DNA from: the human T2T-CHM13v2.0 reference genome, Homo sapiens | Reading direction: 5' to 3' (one strand) | NCBI RefSeq assembly: GCF_009914755.1 | Contig: NC_060925.1 | Length of the DNA stretch: 64,000 bases | Shown here: in pieces, positions 63,690-64,000 of the stretch | Layout of the letters: each line of letters starts with the position of its first letter | Position numbering within the stretch: the first letter of the stretch is position 1 | Translations under genes and position numbers: made by a program | The notes under the pieces: model-generated | What the model was told of the DNA's origin: nothing | The model's input: only the letters and a program-made list of their open reading frames with translations | The model's database searches: none

Positions 63690-63900
63690 CCACTCTCACC
63701 TATATCTCTCATTTAGACTGGAGGAGGGGCTGTGCCTTATTGTTTCTGTACCCTCAGTGTCTAATGCAATACTTGGCACCTGGAAGGTACTCCATAAATA
63801 CTGAATGAACAAAGGAATGAATAAATGAATAAAGGAATGAACAAAGGAATGAATAAATGAAGAAAAAAGATAAAAATGAAGAAAAATGAAAATAAAAGAA
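63690..63900 (+). mobile_element. L2 3' end with an expanded (GAAT)-type tail
   Basis: cttggcacctggaaggtactccataaatactgaatgaac followed by a repeated tail. Confidence 0.6.
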
Positions 63901-64000
63901 GGATGGGTAATATAACCTTTTTGTTGCCCTAAATTAAAAACATGACATCACCCCCAAACACACCCCTTTTCTGGAAACTCCCTCTTTCCTCAGCTTCTGT

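Overview
Human-type genomic DNA, dense in Alu, L1, MIR and LTR repeats, containing the 3' part of RAB3B on the minus strand. Three coding exons (48562-48444, 44591-44467, 31263-31076; 119+125+188 nt, all GT-AG) splice in frame to [22 protein letters not shown]...NKCD...EASAK...LLQQNCSC*. These are residues 77-219 of RAB3B; the ATG exon lies beyond the right edge of the window. The last exon probably continues as a ~12-kb 3' UTR to an ATTAAA signal at 19125-19120. Bases 1-19100 look intergenic. Nearly all ORFs in the supplied track are Alu, L1, Tigger or low-complexity artefacts. I found no evidence of a new multi-gene system. The most interesting observations are regulatory or evolutionary: a duplicated 18-mer just after the stop codon that creates two miR-194 8mer sites; an apparently consensus-perfect AluYb8 in the 3' UTR; a 60-nt Pumilio/miR-200/miR-92 site cluster; a sense-oriented solo LTR in intron 2; an MMTV-type hormone response element; nested transposons; and several local duplication or template-switch scars. 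Repeat subfamily names come from recalled consensus sequences, not from a RepeatMasker run, and repeat boundaries are approximate.
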